The notes under the pieces are model-generated. The model was not told the origin of the DNA. It did no database searches and saw only the letters and a program-made list of their open reading frames with translations. A program made the translations under genes and the position numbers. DNA of 64,000 bases from Ranitomeya imitator. Lineage: Eukaryota. The stretch is from positions 675,056,001 to 675,120,000 of the forward strand of contig NC_091285.1 in the NCBI RefSeq assembly GCF_032444005.1, given 5' to 3'. This document shows positions 37,301 to 46,715 of this stretch, in pieces (the first letter of the stretch is position 1; each line of letters starts with the position of its first letter).

Positions 37301-40300
37301 GGCGTTGGCGCCCTCGCAGTGTGATGAGGCGATAGCGCCCTCGTAGTGTGATGAGGCGTTGGCGCCCTCGCAGTGTGATGAGGCGTTGGCGCCCTCGTAG
37401 TGTGATGAGGCGTTGGCGCTCTCGCATTGTGATGAGGCGATAGCGCCCTCGTAGTGTGATGAGGCGTTGGCGCCCTCGCAGTGTGATGAGGCGTTGGCGC
37501 CCTCGCACTGTGATGAGGCGTTGGCGCCCTCGCAGTGTGATGAGGCGTTGGCGCCCTCGCAGTGTGATGAGGCGTTGGCGCCCTCGCAGTGTGATGAGGC
37601 ATTGGCGCCCTCGCAGTGTGATGAGGCGTTGGCGCCCTCGCAGTGTGATGAGGCGTTGGCGCTCTCGCAGTGTGATGAGGCGTTGGCGCCCTCGCAGTGT
37701 GATGAGGCTTTGGCGCCCTCGCAGTGTGATGAGGCGTTGGCGCTCTCGCAGTGTGATGAGGCGTTGGCGCTCTCGCAGTGTGATGAGGCGTTGGCGCTCT
37801 CGCATTGTGATGAGGCTTTGGTGCCCTCGCACTGTGATGAGGCGTTGGCGCTCTCGCATTGTGATGAGGCGATAGCGCCCTCGTAGTGTGATGAGGCGTT
37901 GGCGCCCTCGCAGTGTGATGAGGCGTTGGTGCTCTCGCAGTGTGATGAGGCGTTGGCGCTCTCGCAGTGTGATGAGGCGTTGGCGCTCTCGCAGTGTGAT
38001 GAGGCGTTGGCGCTCTCGCATTGTGATGAGGCTTTGGTGCCCTCGCACTGTGATGAGGCGTTGGCGCTCTCGCATTGTGATGAGGCGATAGCGCCCTCGT
38101 AGTGTGATGAGGCGTTGGCGCCCTCGCAGTGTGATGAGGCGTTGGTGCTCTCGCAGTGTGATGAGGCATTGGCGCCCTCGCAGTGTGATGAGGCGTTGGC
38201 GCCCTCGCAGTGTGATGAGGCGTTGGCGCTCTCGCACTGTGATGAGGCGTTGGCGCTCTCGCATTGTGATGAGGCGATAGCGCCCTCGTAGTGTGATGAG
38301 GCGTTGGCGCCCTCGCAGTGTGATGAGGCGTTGGCGCCCTCGCAGTGTGATGAGGCATTGGCGCCCTCGCAGTGTGATGAGGCGTTGGCGCCCTCGCAGT
38401 GTGATGAGGCGTTGGCGCTCTCGCAGTGTGATGAGGCGTTGGCGCCCTCGCAGTGTGATGAGGCTTTGGCGCCCTCGCAGTGTGATGAGGCGTTGGCGCT
38501 CTCGCAGTGTGATGAGGCGTTGGCGCTCTCGCAGTGTGATGAGGCGTTGGCGCTCTCGCAGTGTGATGAGGCGTTGGCGCTCTCGCATTGTGATGAGGCT
38601 TTGGTGCCCTCGCACTGTGATGAGGCGTTGGCGCTCTCGCATTGTGATGAGGCGATAGCGCCCTCGTAGTGTGATGAGGCGTTGGCGCCCTCGCAGTGTG
38701 ATGAGGCGTTGGTGCTCTCGCAGTGTGATGAGGCGTTGGCGCTCTCGCAGTGTGATGAGGCGTTGGCGCTCTCGCATTGTGATGAGGCTTTGGTGCCCTC
38801 GCACTGTGATGAGGCGTTGGCGCTCTCGCATTGTGATGAGGCGATAGCGCCCTCGTAGTGTGATGAGGCGTTGGCGCCCTCGCAGTGTGATGAGGCGTTG
38901 GTGCTCTCGCAGTGTGATGAGGCGTTGGCGCCCTCGCAGTGTGATGAGGCGTTGGTGCTCTCGCAGTGTGATGAGGCGTTGGCGCTCTCGCAGTGTGATG
39001 AGGCGATAGCGCCCTCGTAGTGTGATGAGGCCTTGGCGCCCTCGCAGTGTGATGAGGCCTTGGCGCCCTCGCAGTGTGATGAGGCCTTGGCGCCCTCGCA
39101 GTGTGATGAGGCCTTGGCGCCCTCGCAGTGTGATGAGGCCTTGGCGCCCTCGCAGTGTGATGAGGCCTTGGCGCCCTCGCAGTGTGATGAGGCCTTGGCG
39201 CCCTCGCAGTGTGATGAGGCCTTGGCGCCCTCGCAGTGTGATGAGGCCTTGGCGCCCTCGCAGTGTGATGAGGCCTTGGCGCCCTCGCAGTGTGATGAGG
39301 CCTTGGCGCCCTCGCAGTGTGATGAGGCGATAGCGCCCTCGTAGTGTGATGAGGCCTTGGCGCCCTCGCAGTGTGATGAGGCCTTGGCGCCCTCGCAGTG
39401 TGATGAGGCCTTGGCGCCCTCGCAGTGTGATGAGGCCTTGGCGCCCTCGCAGTGTGATGAGGCCTTGGCGCCCTCGCAGTGTGATGAGGCCTTGGCGCCC
39501 TCGCAGTGTGATGAGGCCTTGGCGCCCTCGCAGTGTGATGAGGCCTTGGCGCCCTCGCAGTGTGATGAGGCCTTGGCGCCCTCGCAGTGTGATGAGGCCT
39601 TGGCGCCCTCGCAGTGTGATGAGGCCTTGGCGCCCTCGCAGTGTGATGAGGCGTTGGCGCCCTCGTAGTGTGATGAGGCGTTGTTGTTACTCTTGCACCG
39701 TGGTCAAGTCTTGGTGCTGTGGATTTGTCTCGCTCGCGCTATGATGAGGCCTTGGCGCCCTTGCTGTGTGATGAGGCCTTGGCGCCCTCGCTGTGTGATG
39801 AGGCCTTGGCGCCCTCGCAGTGTGATGAGGCGTTGGCGCTCTCGCAGTGTGATGAGGCGTTGGCGCTCTCGCAGTGTGTTGAGGCGTTGGCGCTCTCGCA
39901 GTGTGATGAGGCGTTGGCACCCTCGCACGATGAGGCCTTGGCGCCCTCGCAGTGTGATGAGGCCTTGGCGCCCTCGCAGTGTGATGAGGCGTTGGCGCCC
40001 TCTATCAGACTGTTCCTCTCCCCGCAGCGCCTCCAGGAGCTCTCCATCCCCCTCCTGATCCGCCTGCAGCAGGGTCCCGACCAGTGGACGGGTCCGTACA
40101 CCAGCAGCGAGTGTCGGAAACAGCTGTATCGGCTGCTGCTGTCCCTGACGCTGAGCCCCAGCCCGCGCCTCCCTGCCCCCCTGCACTGTGCCATCCGGAT
40201 CTTCAGAGTGGGGCTGACCGAGGAGAACTTACAGGTAGGAGGGCGGACATGATGAATATGGGAGTGCTGGGATTTGTAGTGTCACTTCTCACGGTTTTCC

Positions 40301-43300
40301 ATCATGTTGTAGGTGTCCATGTTCTGCTCGGAGGCTCTTGCGATCTGCAGGATTATCATCCACCCTCGTGTGCCCAGCCTCCAGCGGCCTCTACCACAGC
40401 ACAGCTCACGGCCTCCTATGCAGGCAGAAGCCTCGGCCCAGCGACCCCCGGCGCCTCCACTTACATTCCCTGCCACTGTACCTTTAAATCATCTCCCCCT
40501 CAGGACCCCCGTTCCTCCACAGCTCGCAGAGCCTCCGGCCGACGCGCTGATCCCTTCACCTCAAGATACTTTTGGTGGAAAGACCCTTCGTCCCATCTTC
40601 ATCCACTACGAGAAGGAAGAGGCGTCTGATGTGGAGATTTCCCTGGAGAGCGATTCTGACGACAGCGTGGTCATCGTCCCTGAAGGTCTCCTACAGAAGC
40701 CCGCCCCGAAATCTGAACCTTCTCCGCCCTCCGCTAAACCTCCTGCCGAGGAGACCCCGGCAGCAGAGACCCCTGCCCAACCTGTAGTGCCGTCACCCAC
40801 CTTGGCAGCGCCTCTGCCGCCACCAGCCTGCCCTGGTCCCTCCCCTGCACAGATGCCAGCTGCTGTAGAACTGCCGCCGCCTCCTCCGTTCTCGGCTCCT
40901 GCCCTTCCAGAGGGCGACATGGTCATCAACATTAACAGCTCGGATGAAGAAGAGGAGGACGACGACGAAGATGAAGAAGGCATGTACGATGAGGAAGAAG
41001 ATGAATTCTACGACGATGAAGAAGAGGAGGACGACGACCTAGAAGGACTGGACGATGAGGAAGAAGAATTCGATGATGATGATGAAGGACTGACTGAAGA
41101 AGACGACGAGGAGGAAGACCTGGATGCCGAGGTAGAGGAGGACGACGAAGATGTGGACGATGAGGATGCGTTAATTGCCGAGGATATACAGATGGCTCCC
41201 TCTGTGGACACCATACCCGAACCATTGCCGCCAATCATACACGCTCCAGAGGTAGAAGAAGGGCCGCCATGTCTGTCCCCTGTCCAGGAGGATGACCCCG
41301 GAGACACAGACCTTCTGATGCTGGTGGAGAGCGAAGAGCGGGAGACTCCGACGGAGACTTCTCAGGATCGGCTTTCCGAGACCGAGGTCACAGCCAGCCC
41401 GTCGCCTCCTCCAATCCTCACTCCACCTCCGGCCTCCCCGATACAGGAGGAGGAGGAGGAGGAAGAAGAAGAAAGTGCTGTGCCTGATGTCATAGAAAGT
41501 GAACCCCTCCCTGAGTTGAAACCCCCCACCAAGGAGGAAGAGCTGATCAAAGAGGTGGAAGGTGAGGAGGAGGAGAAGAAGCCGGAGACACAAGTGGTGG
41601 AGGAGGAGGAGGAGGTCCCGGAGGAGCCCGAGGTGAGTGCACGGACAGTCAGGTGAGACACCATACTCCACATGCGCAGTGCTGTACAAAAGTTTTAGGC
41701 AGGGGTGCTGCAAAAATTGAAGTGATAATCGTGTAACAAAGCGCGAAGTGAACAAAATCAGTATTTGGCGACCGCCCTCCAGCTTCATCAGTTCTTCTCA
41801 CTTGTTCACCGTTTATGGAAGATCTCAGCAGGAGGTTGTTCCAAACGTCTTGGAGAACTGACCGCAGATCTTCTGTGTATGAGGACGACTGACCCCAGAT
41901 CTTCTGTGTATGAGGACAGACCCCAGATCTTCTGTGTATGAGAACTGACCTCAGATCTTCTGTGTATGAGAACTGACCTCAGATCTTCTGTGTATGAGGA
42001 CGACTGACCCCAGATCTTCTGTGTATGAGGACAGACCCCAGATCTTCTGTGTATGAGAACTGACCTCAGATCTTCTGTGTGTGAGAACTGACCTCAGATC
42101 TTCTGTGTATGAGGACGACTGACCCCAGATCTTCTGTGTGTGAGGACTGACCTCAGATCTTCTGTGTATGAGGACTGACCTCAGATCTTCTGCGTGTGAG
42201 GACTGACCCCAGATCTTCTGCGTATGAGAACAGACCCCAGATCTTCTGTGTATGAGGACTGACCTCAGATCTTCTGTGTATGAGAACTGACCTCAGATCT
42301 TCTGTGTATGAGGACGACTGACCCCAGATCTTCTGTGTATGAGGACTGACCTCAGATCTTCTGTGTATGAGGACTGACCTCAGATCTTCTGCGTGTGAGG
42401 ACAGACCCCAGATCTTCTGTGTATGAGAACTGACCTCAGATCTTCTGTGTATGAGAACTGACCGCAGATCTTCTGTGTATGATAACTGACCTCAGATCTT
42501 CTGTGTGTGAGGACTGACCCCAGATCTTCTGTGTATGAGGACAGACCCCAGATCTTCTGTGTATGAGAACTGACCTCAGATCTTCTGTGTATGAGAACTG
42601 ACCGCAGATCTTCTGTGTATGATAACTGACCTCAGATCTTCTGTGTGTGAGGACTGACCCCAGATCTTCTGTGTATGAGGACAGACCCCAGATCTTCTGT
42701 GTATGATAACTGACCTCAGATCTTCTGTGTGTGAGGACAGACCCCAGATCTTCTGTGTATGAGGACAGACCCCAGATCTTCTGTGTATGAGAACTGACCT
42801 CAGATCTTCTGTGTATGAGAACTGACCTCAGATCTTCTGTGTATGAGGACTGACCTCAGATCTTCTGCGTGTGAGGACTGACCCCAGATCTTCTGTGTAT
42901 GAGAACAGACCCCAGATCTTCTGTGTGTGAGGACAGACCCCAGATCTTCTGTGTATGAGAACTGACCTCAGATCTTCTGTGTGTGAGGACTGACCCCAGA
43001 TCTTCTGTGTATGAGAACAGACCCCAGATCTTCTGTGTGTGAGGACAGACCCCAGATCTTCTGTGTATGAGAACTGACCTCAGATCTTCTGCGTGTGAGG
43101 ACAGACCCCAGATCTTCTGTGTGTGAGAACTGACCTCAGATCTTCTGTGTGTGAGAACTGACCTCAGAACTTCTGTGTATGATAACTGACCTCAGATCTT
43201 CTGTGTGTGAGGACTGACCCCAGATCTTCTGTGTATGAGGACAGACCCCAGATCTTCTGTGTATGAGGACAGACCCCAGATCTTCTGTGTGTGAGGACAG

Positions 43301-45763
43301 ACCCCAGATCTGTGTATGAGAACTGACCTCAGATCTTCTGTGTATGAGAACTGACCTCAGATCTTCTGTGTATGAGAACTGACCTCAGATCTTCTGTGTA
43401 TGAGAACTGACCTCAGATCTTCTGTGTGTGAGGACTGACCCCAGATCTTCTGTGTGTGAGGACTGACCCCAGATCTTCTGTGTGTGAGGACTGACCCCAG
43501 ATCTTCCGCGTGTGAGGACAGGCCCCAGATCTTCCGCGTGTGAGGACAGGCCCCAGATCTTCCGCGTGTGAGGACAGGCCCCAGGTCTTCCGCGTGTGAG
43601 GACAGACCCCAGATCTTCCGCGTGTGAGGACAGACCCCAGATCTTCCGCGTGTGAGGACAGACCCCAGATCTTCCGCGTGTGAGGACAGACCCCAGATCT
43701 TCCGCGTGTGAGGACTGACCCCAGATCTTCCGCGTGTGAGGACTGACCCCAGATCTTCTGCGTGTGAGGACTGACCCCAGATCTTCTTCTGCGTGTGAGG
43801 ACAGACCCCAGATCTTCTTCTGCGTGTGAGGACTGACCCCAGATCTTCTTCTGCGTGTGAGGACTGACCCCAGATCTTCTTCTGCGTGTGAGGACTGACC
43901 CCAGATCTTCCGCGTGTGAGGACTGACCCCAGATCTTCTGCGTGTGAGGACTGACCCCAGATCTTCTGCGTGTGAGGACTGACCCCAGATCTTCTTCTGC
44001 GTGTGAGGACAGACCCCAGATCTTCTTCTGCGTGTGAGGACTGACCCCAGATCTTCTTCTGCGTGTGAGGACTGACCCCAGATCTTCTTCTGCGTGTGAG
44101 GACTGACCCCAGATCTTCCGCGTGTGAGGACTGACCCCAGATCTTCCGCGTGTGAGGACTGACCCCAGATCTTCCGCGTGTGAGGACTGACCCCAGATCT
44201 TCCGCGTGTGAGGACTGACCCCAGATCTTCCGCGTGTGAGGACTGACCCCAGATCTTCCGCGTGTGAGGACTGACCCCAGATCTTCCGTCTCTTCATGTG
44301 ATCCCAGACAGACTGGATGATGTGAGATCATGGCTGGATCATCAACTCCCGGACTCCTTGTTATTAAGGACATCCGCTGGATGTTTACGGTCATTGTTAA
44401 TAATTTTGAGTCGATCAGACAGCTCCTGATGATGGGATTACATGATGAAGTATCAGCCATGGATTTCTCAGCATTGAGGACACCGATTAATTCTGACCAG
44501 ATTCCCAATTCCCATTTTCTGAGATTCATCCCCAAGCCTGCAGGACCCTCCACCGAGCTCCACTATTTCTGCCGCCCCTCATTATTGTGCTGTTCTCCAG
44601 AAGCTGGTCCTCTTACAGCCAAATATTTCACATTGTGACTGATCAGTCCAGAACACACGCTGACCTTCTTCTGCACCCCAGTTCCTATATTTTCATGCAT
44701 AGAATCACTTGGCCTTGTTCCTACATAGACGGTTTGGTGTTTGTCCACAATTCTCCCATGAAGACGACTTTTCTCCAGACTTCTCCAAACAGTAGATGAC
44801 TGTAGCTGATCCCACAGGTCACTGCCACGTCTGACTTGATGGCACTGCTAGACATCTTCCAGTGTAAAAGCCAAGTAAGCAGGACGCGTCTTTCGTCTGC
44901 CGCACATAGTTTCCTTGGCTGAACACTGCGTCTATGGTTCTCAATGGTGACCACACATCTTGAAATCCCCCAGACTGCTCTGAAATCTTTGCCTGGGAGA
45001 CACCTTGCTGATGCAGTGTAACTACCTTGTGTTCCATTGCTGGTACAAGTGGTCACTTATACACCCGACTATAATCCTACAACATCCCATACTGTGGGCA
45101 AGTCACCGAGAAGCCGTGGTGTAGGCGACGGCGGTCACCGGACACAAGAGGGATTTGTTGCCTGCCTACAACTTGTGCACAGCGTTGTACCGTCCTACAC
45201 GAGGGAGGCAGTCTGTTGCCCCCCTCCCCCGTCTGTTGTTGCACCACATCTCCCCCATCTGTTTTGTTAGCCCCCACCCCTTGTCTGTTGTCTGTGTGGT
45301 ACCCCCTCAGCTTATGTCAACTTCCCCCTGTTCACTTGACCTATTGCAAACATCCAGCCTACTGCTCCAGTCACGTCCAAAGCTGCATTTAGGTTTCTGA
45401 CCTTAGGTAGCTGAGATCCCGTCAAACTACATCTCCCACAATGCACCGCAGCTGAGCATGCTCCGTGTATGAAGCAGCAGGAGATGTGAAAAAAGGCGGA
45501 GAAAAATCCGTCGTAGAATTGTAAATGCAGCTCTGGATGTGACTGGAGGATCCAGGTTTGCACTGGTAGGAACGCTCCCGGGGCTGTGTGCTAACATGCA
45601 GAACAATGAAAGCTGCTGTCTTCTGTTATCAGCCTTTTCACCACACTGTTTTTTTTCCCCCCTTTGCCTCCAGGATGAACTCCGCGATGCAGAATCCATG
45701 TTGGCGGACTTCATCGACTGCCCCCCGGATGACGACAGAGACCTGGAGCCCCTGGTGACGTGA
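10687..45763 (+). CDS. PELP1: PELP1 (proline-, glutamate-, leucine-rich protein 1; rixosome scaffold), complete spliced CDS of 17 exons, 3120 nt, 1039 aa
   Basis: Exons 10687-10818, 19123-19190, 19282-19387, 19862-20011, 20093-20164, 23116-23175, 23641-23791, 23907-24036, 28847-28934, 29023-29111, 29191-29313, 29401-29551, 35589-35715, 35868-35923, 40028-40234, 40313-41632, 45674-45763. All introns are GT-AG and phases chain into one open frame. Recognisable PELP1 peptides: FQQHCVSWIRS, HIPGLLTSLLGLR, YPRACGSL, GSGFSQGVKHTENW, HLLSDITPPADSLK, EKEEASDVEISLESDSDDSVVIVPEGL, MLADFIDCPPDD; several LxxLL motifs. Confidence 0.96.
10866..19085. repeat. 34-bp C-rich minisatellite filling PELP1 intron 1 (about 240 units)
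   Basis: Unit GGTGTACCACTACCCCCATCATCCCCCTAGCCCC with a few recurring variants. Confidence 0.97.
19123..19190 (+). CDS. PELP1: PELP1 exon 2 (ASSAAVSGLLSCCNSHLLSAATR)
   Basis: tttcag acceptor, gtatgt donor; frame joins exon 3. Confidence 0.85.
19282..19387 (+). CDS. PELP1: PELP1 exon 3 (TEGLSLLSLVVEESCTDVFQQHCVSWIRSVLQVIQ)
   Basis: ttgcag acceptor, gtgagg donor; strong resemblance to vertebrate PELP1. Confidence 0.95.
19862..20011 (+). CDS. PELP1: PELP1 exon 4 (SPDPPRVVSM...HIPGLLTSLLGLRRQ)
   Basis: ccacag acceptor, gtgagt donor; LxxLL motifs. Confidence 0.95.
20093..20164 (+). CDS. PELP1: PELP1 exon 5 (CLMPALEGIRSCLISYPRACGSLR)
   Basis: tcctag acceptor, gtaagt donor. Confidence 0.95.
20350..20440 (-). 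mobile_element. CR1 LINE 3' end relic flanking the 31-bp array
   Basis: Minus strand FTVRAATLWTPLPHDVMSDSLQ*RLDAF, matching the CR1 ORF2 C-terminal FF.VR.V.LWNSLP motif from memory. Confidence 0.65.
20437..21792. repeat. 31-bp minisatellite (AATCCATAGTGTCACTGCTCGTACGGTAAAG), about 44 units, PELP1 intron 5
   Basis: Direct periodicity. Confidence 0.95.
22058..22880. repeat. 50-bp minisatellite (TACAGCCTCCATACAGGAGCTTTTCCTCTTCTCACCCATCATGCCCTCTC) with longer variants, intron 5
   Basis: Period 50 seen at 22381/22431. Confidence 0.9.
23116..23175 (+). CDS. PELP1: PELP1 exon 6 (GKLTAFFLSLLDEENVAIQE)
   Basis: tttcag acceptor, gtaac donor. Confidence 0.92.
23641..23791 (+). CDS. PELP1: PELP1 exon 7 (LACQCFCLLPTLGSGFSQGVKHTENW...AET)
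   Basis: ccgcag acceptor, gtgagt donor. Confidence 0.95.
23907..24036 (+). CDS. PELP1: PELP1 exon 8 (TTRYEGPGTELELP...LAQCVRLLL)
   Basis: ccgcag acceptor, gtaagg donor. Confidence 0.93.
25310..25690. mobile_element. Degenerate MITE (possibly Harbinger-like)
   Basis: Inverted subterminal motif CACATTTATCCTGCGCTCT vs AGAGCGCCGGATAACTGTG. Confidence 0.4.
25704..25889. mobile_element. hAT-type MITE, 186 bp
   Basis: 37-bp TIR CAGGGGTGTCAAACTGCATTCCTC(A/G)AGGGCCGCAAAC; perfect 8-bp TSD ACGTAAAA (25696-25703, 25890-25897). Confidence 0.92.
26200..26948. repeat. 17-bp minisatellite (GTACTGGTCACTACAAC), about 44 units, intron 8
   Basis: Direct periodicity. Confidence 0.95.
28270..28320. repeat. 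(TA)n microsatellite
   Basis: Direct reading. Confidence 0.95.
28847..28934 (+). CDS. PELP1: PELP1 exon 9 (GQFPAPVRVPVSDILNLVCRVVNVSAKNL)
   Basis: ttgcag acceptor, gtaaga donor. Confidence 0.93.
29023..29111 (+). CDS. PELP1: PELP1 exon 10 (SWQGEEALKLLLLPGVHKTALDILEAAILA)
   Basis: ttgcag acceptor, gtgagt donor. Confidence 0.93.
29191..29313 (+). CDS. PELP1: PELP1 exon 11 (CGPRLLPLSSVICRLFPQLLSSW...GQEKPY)
   Basis: ccccag acceptor, gtgggt donor. Confidence 0.93.
   Translation: MRSSSPAALVRHLQIISTTPQLLGICKRSRRVPIWAGEAL
29401..29551 (+). CDS. PELP1: PELP1 exon 12 (SLRGAVYRVLERWVTVCG...LLSDITPPADSLK)
   Basis: ttccag acceptor, gtgaga donor. Confidence 0.95.
29575..35580. repeat. Polypyrimidine minisatellite complex filling PELP1 intron 12: CCCCTTGCCCCGGTCGT-type units, then ~40-bp CCCTCGGTCTTCACTCTCCCTCGTCCCCCCTTCCCCTTGC units
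   Basis: Direct reading; stop-free in all three + frames. Confidence 0.97.
35589..35715 (+). CDS. PELP1: PELP1 exon 13 (MSSFVQLGAKKQKV...ANTELCAAALR), contains a basic NLS-like KKQK
   Basis: ctgcag acceptor, gtgag donor. Confidence 0.92.
35868..35923 (+). CDS. PELP1: PELP1 exon 14 (LCAIVLYGGSVIKDDCHR)
   Basis: ttctag acceptor, gtgagt donor. Confidence 0.9.
36096..36230. repeat. 32-bp inverted repeat (MITE core) carrying two CTCF-consensus sites
   Basis: TACAGCGCCACCTGTTGGAAGCAGCGATCCTA vs TAGGATCGCTGCTTCCAGCAGGTGGCGCTGTG. Confidence 0.8.
36787..37085. repeat. 26-bp minisatellite (GCTATTACTATGGAGGACACGGGGGC), about 11 nearly identical units
   Basis: Period 26. Confidence 0.95.
37295..40000. 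repeat. 27-bp minisatellite (GTGTGATGAGGCGTTGGCGCCCTCGCA), about 100 units, PELP1 intron 14
   Basis: 9-aa periodicity in the ORF track (APSQCDEAL). Confidence 0.96.
40028..40234 (+). CDS. PELP1: PELP1 exon 15 (RLQELSIPLL...PYTSSECRKQLYRLLL...EENLQ)
   Basis: ccgcag acceptor, gtagga donor. Confidence 0.95.
40313..41632 (+). CDS. PELP1: PELP1 exon 16, large Pro-rich and Glu/Asp-rich disordered region (440 aa)
   Basis: ttgtag acceptor; begins VSMFCSEALAICRIIIHPRVP; acidic tracts; donor GAG/gtgagt at 41633. Confidence 0.95.
41677..45070 (-). mobile_element. Decayed Tc1 element in PELP1 intron 16, interrupted by a 28-bp minisatellite
   Basis: Minus-strand relics HKVVTLHQQGVSQAKISEQ (N-terminal HTH) and TEDLRSVLQDVWNNL (C-terminus); CAG...CAAAAGTTTTAGGCAGG terminus-like sequence near 41677; boundaries approximate. 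Confidence 0.7.
41853..44288. repeat. 28-bp minisatellite (GTGTGAGGACTGACCCCAGATCTTC[C/T]GC), about 85 units, intron 16
   Basis: Period 28, with 31-bp variants. Confidence 0.95.
45674..45763 (+). CDS. PELP1: PELP1 terminal exon 17 (DELRDAESMLADFIDCPPDDDRDLEPLVT*)
   Basis: ctccag acceptor; conserved MLADFIDCPPDD; TGA stop. Confidence 0.95.
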   Translation, partial: DELRDAESMLADFIDCPPDDDRDLEPLVT

Positions 45764-46241
45764 CCTCGCCGCCCCCCTCCTCACCGCTGCTCACCATCTC
45801 ATTGCATTTTTACATTTAAACTGCCCACTGCCCCTGCGATCGATCCTCGGCCCACCTCAGGCTCAGAAACACTACAACGCCCAGCATACCCTGCAGTCCA
45901 CACCATGGTGTTCAGGGATTGACGGGGGTTGTAGTCTGACTAAAGTTGGATCATGGGGGTCTCACAGAAGTGGTCTCCATCCATGCTTGTTATTGTTACC
46001 CTTTCAAGTCCAGCTCCATTTCTTAGTTTACCATAAGTGGCGCAGGTCGGGGTGCCAAGATGTTCCTTATTTTTGGGGTGCAGCGATTTGTCGGGTGGTG
46101 AATGGGCTCTGGATATGTCTGCGGCAGGTGACGGACGCCTGCTCTTATGCGGATGCAGCTGTAGTTTTTTTGGTTCACGTGATAGTTTTGTCACTTTTTT
46201 CACTTTGTGATTTTTTTTTTTTTGGTGGGGTGGGGGAGGGA

Positions 46242-46247
46242 AATAAA
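46242..46247 (+). terminator. Candidate PELP1 polyadenylation signal AATAAA
   Basis: First canonical hexamer I noticed, about 480 nt after the stop; not verified by transcripts. Confidence 0.5.
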
Positions 46248-46715
46248 ATCTGGGATGTGACAACGTTTCCGGCTTCATTTATTAAGAACGAGGAAAAGTC
46301 AGATGCAATCTCTCTGCAGCAGCCATAAATGTATAAGACAATAACGTCAGCCTGCAGGAGAAGTATGGCTGGAGGAAGACGCCATAGTATTGTAGAGTAG
46401 TGGGGCAGCAATGTGGCCGTAGGACAGGAGACGAGGTGACGCATCACTCCACAGACCAGAACACGGCCTATAACATACAGGGGGGAGACAAAGTAGTCGG
46501 CCACCAATTGTGCAAGTTCTCAAACTTAGAAAGATGAGAGAGGCCTGTAATTGACATCATAGGTAGACCACAACTATGAGAGTCACAATGAGAAAACACA
46601 TCCAGAAAATCACCGCGTCTGATTTATACAGCAAATTATGGTGGAAAATAAGTATTTGGTCACCTAAAAACATGCAAGATTTCTGGCTCTGACAGACCTG
46701 TAACTTCTTCTTTAA

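Noticed and set aside
37080-40252. (APSQCDEAL)n and (RERQRLITL)n ORFs; one runs in frame into PELP1 exon 15
   Set aside because: A 27-bp unit is a multiple of 3, so open frames are expected. The in-frame join has a 1-in-3 chance and a good acceptor exists at 40027.
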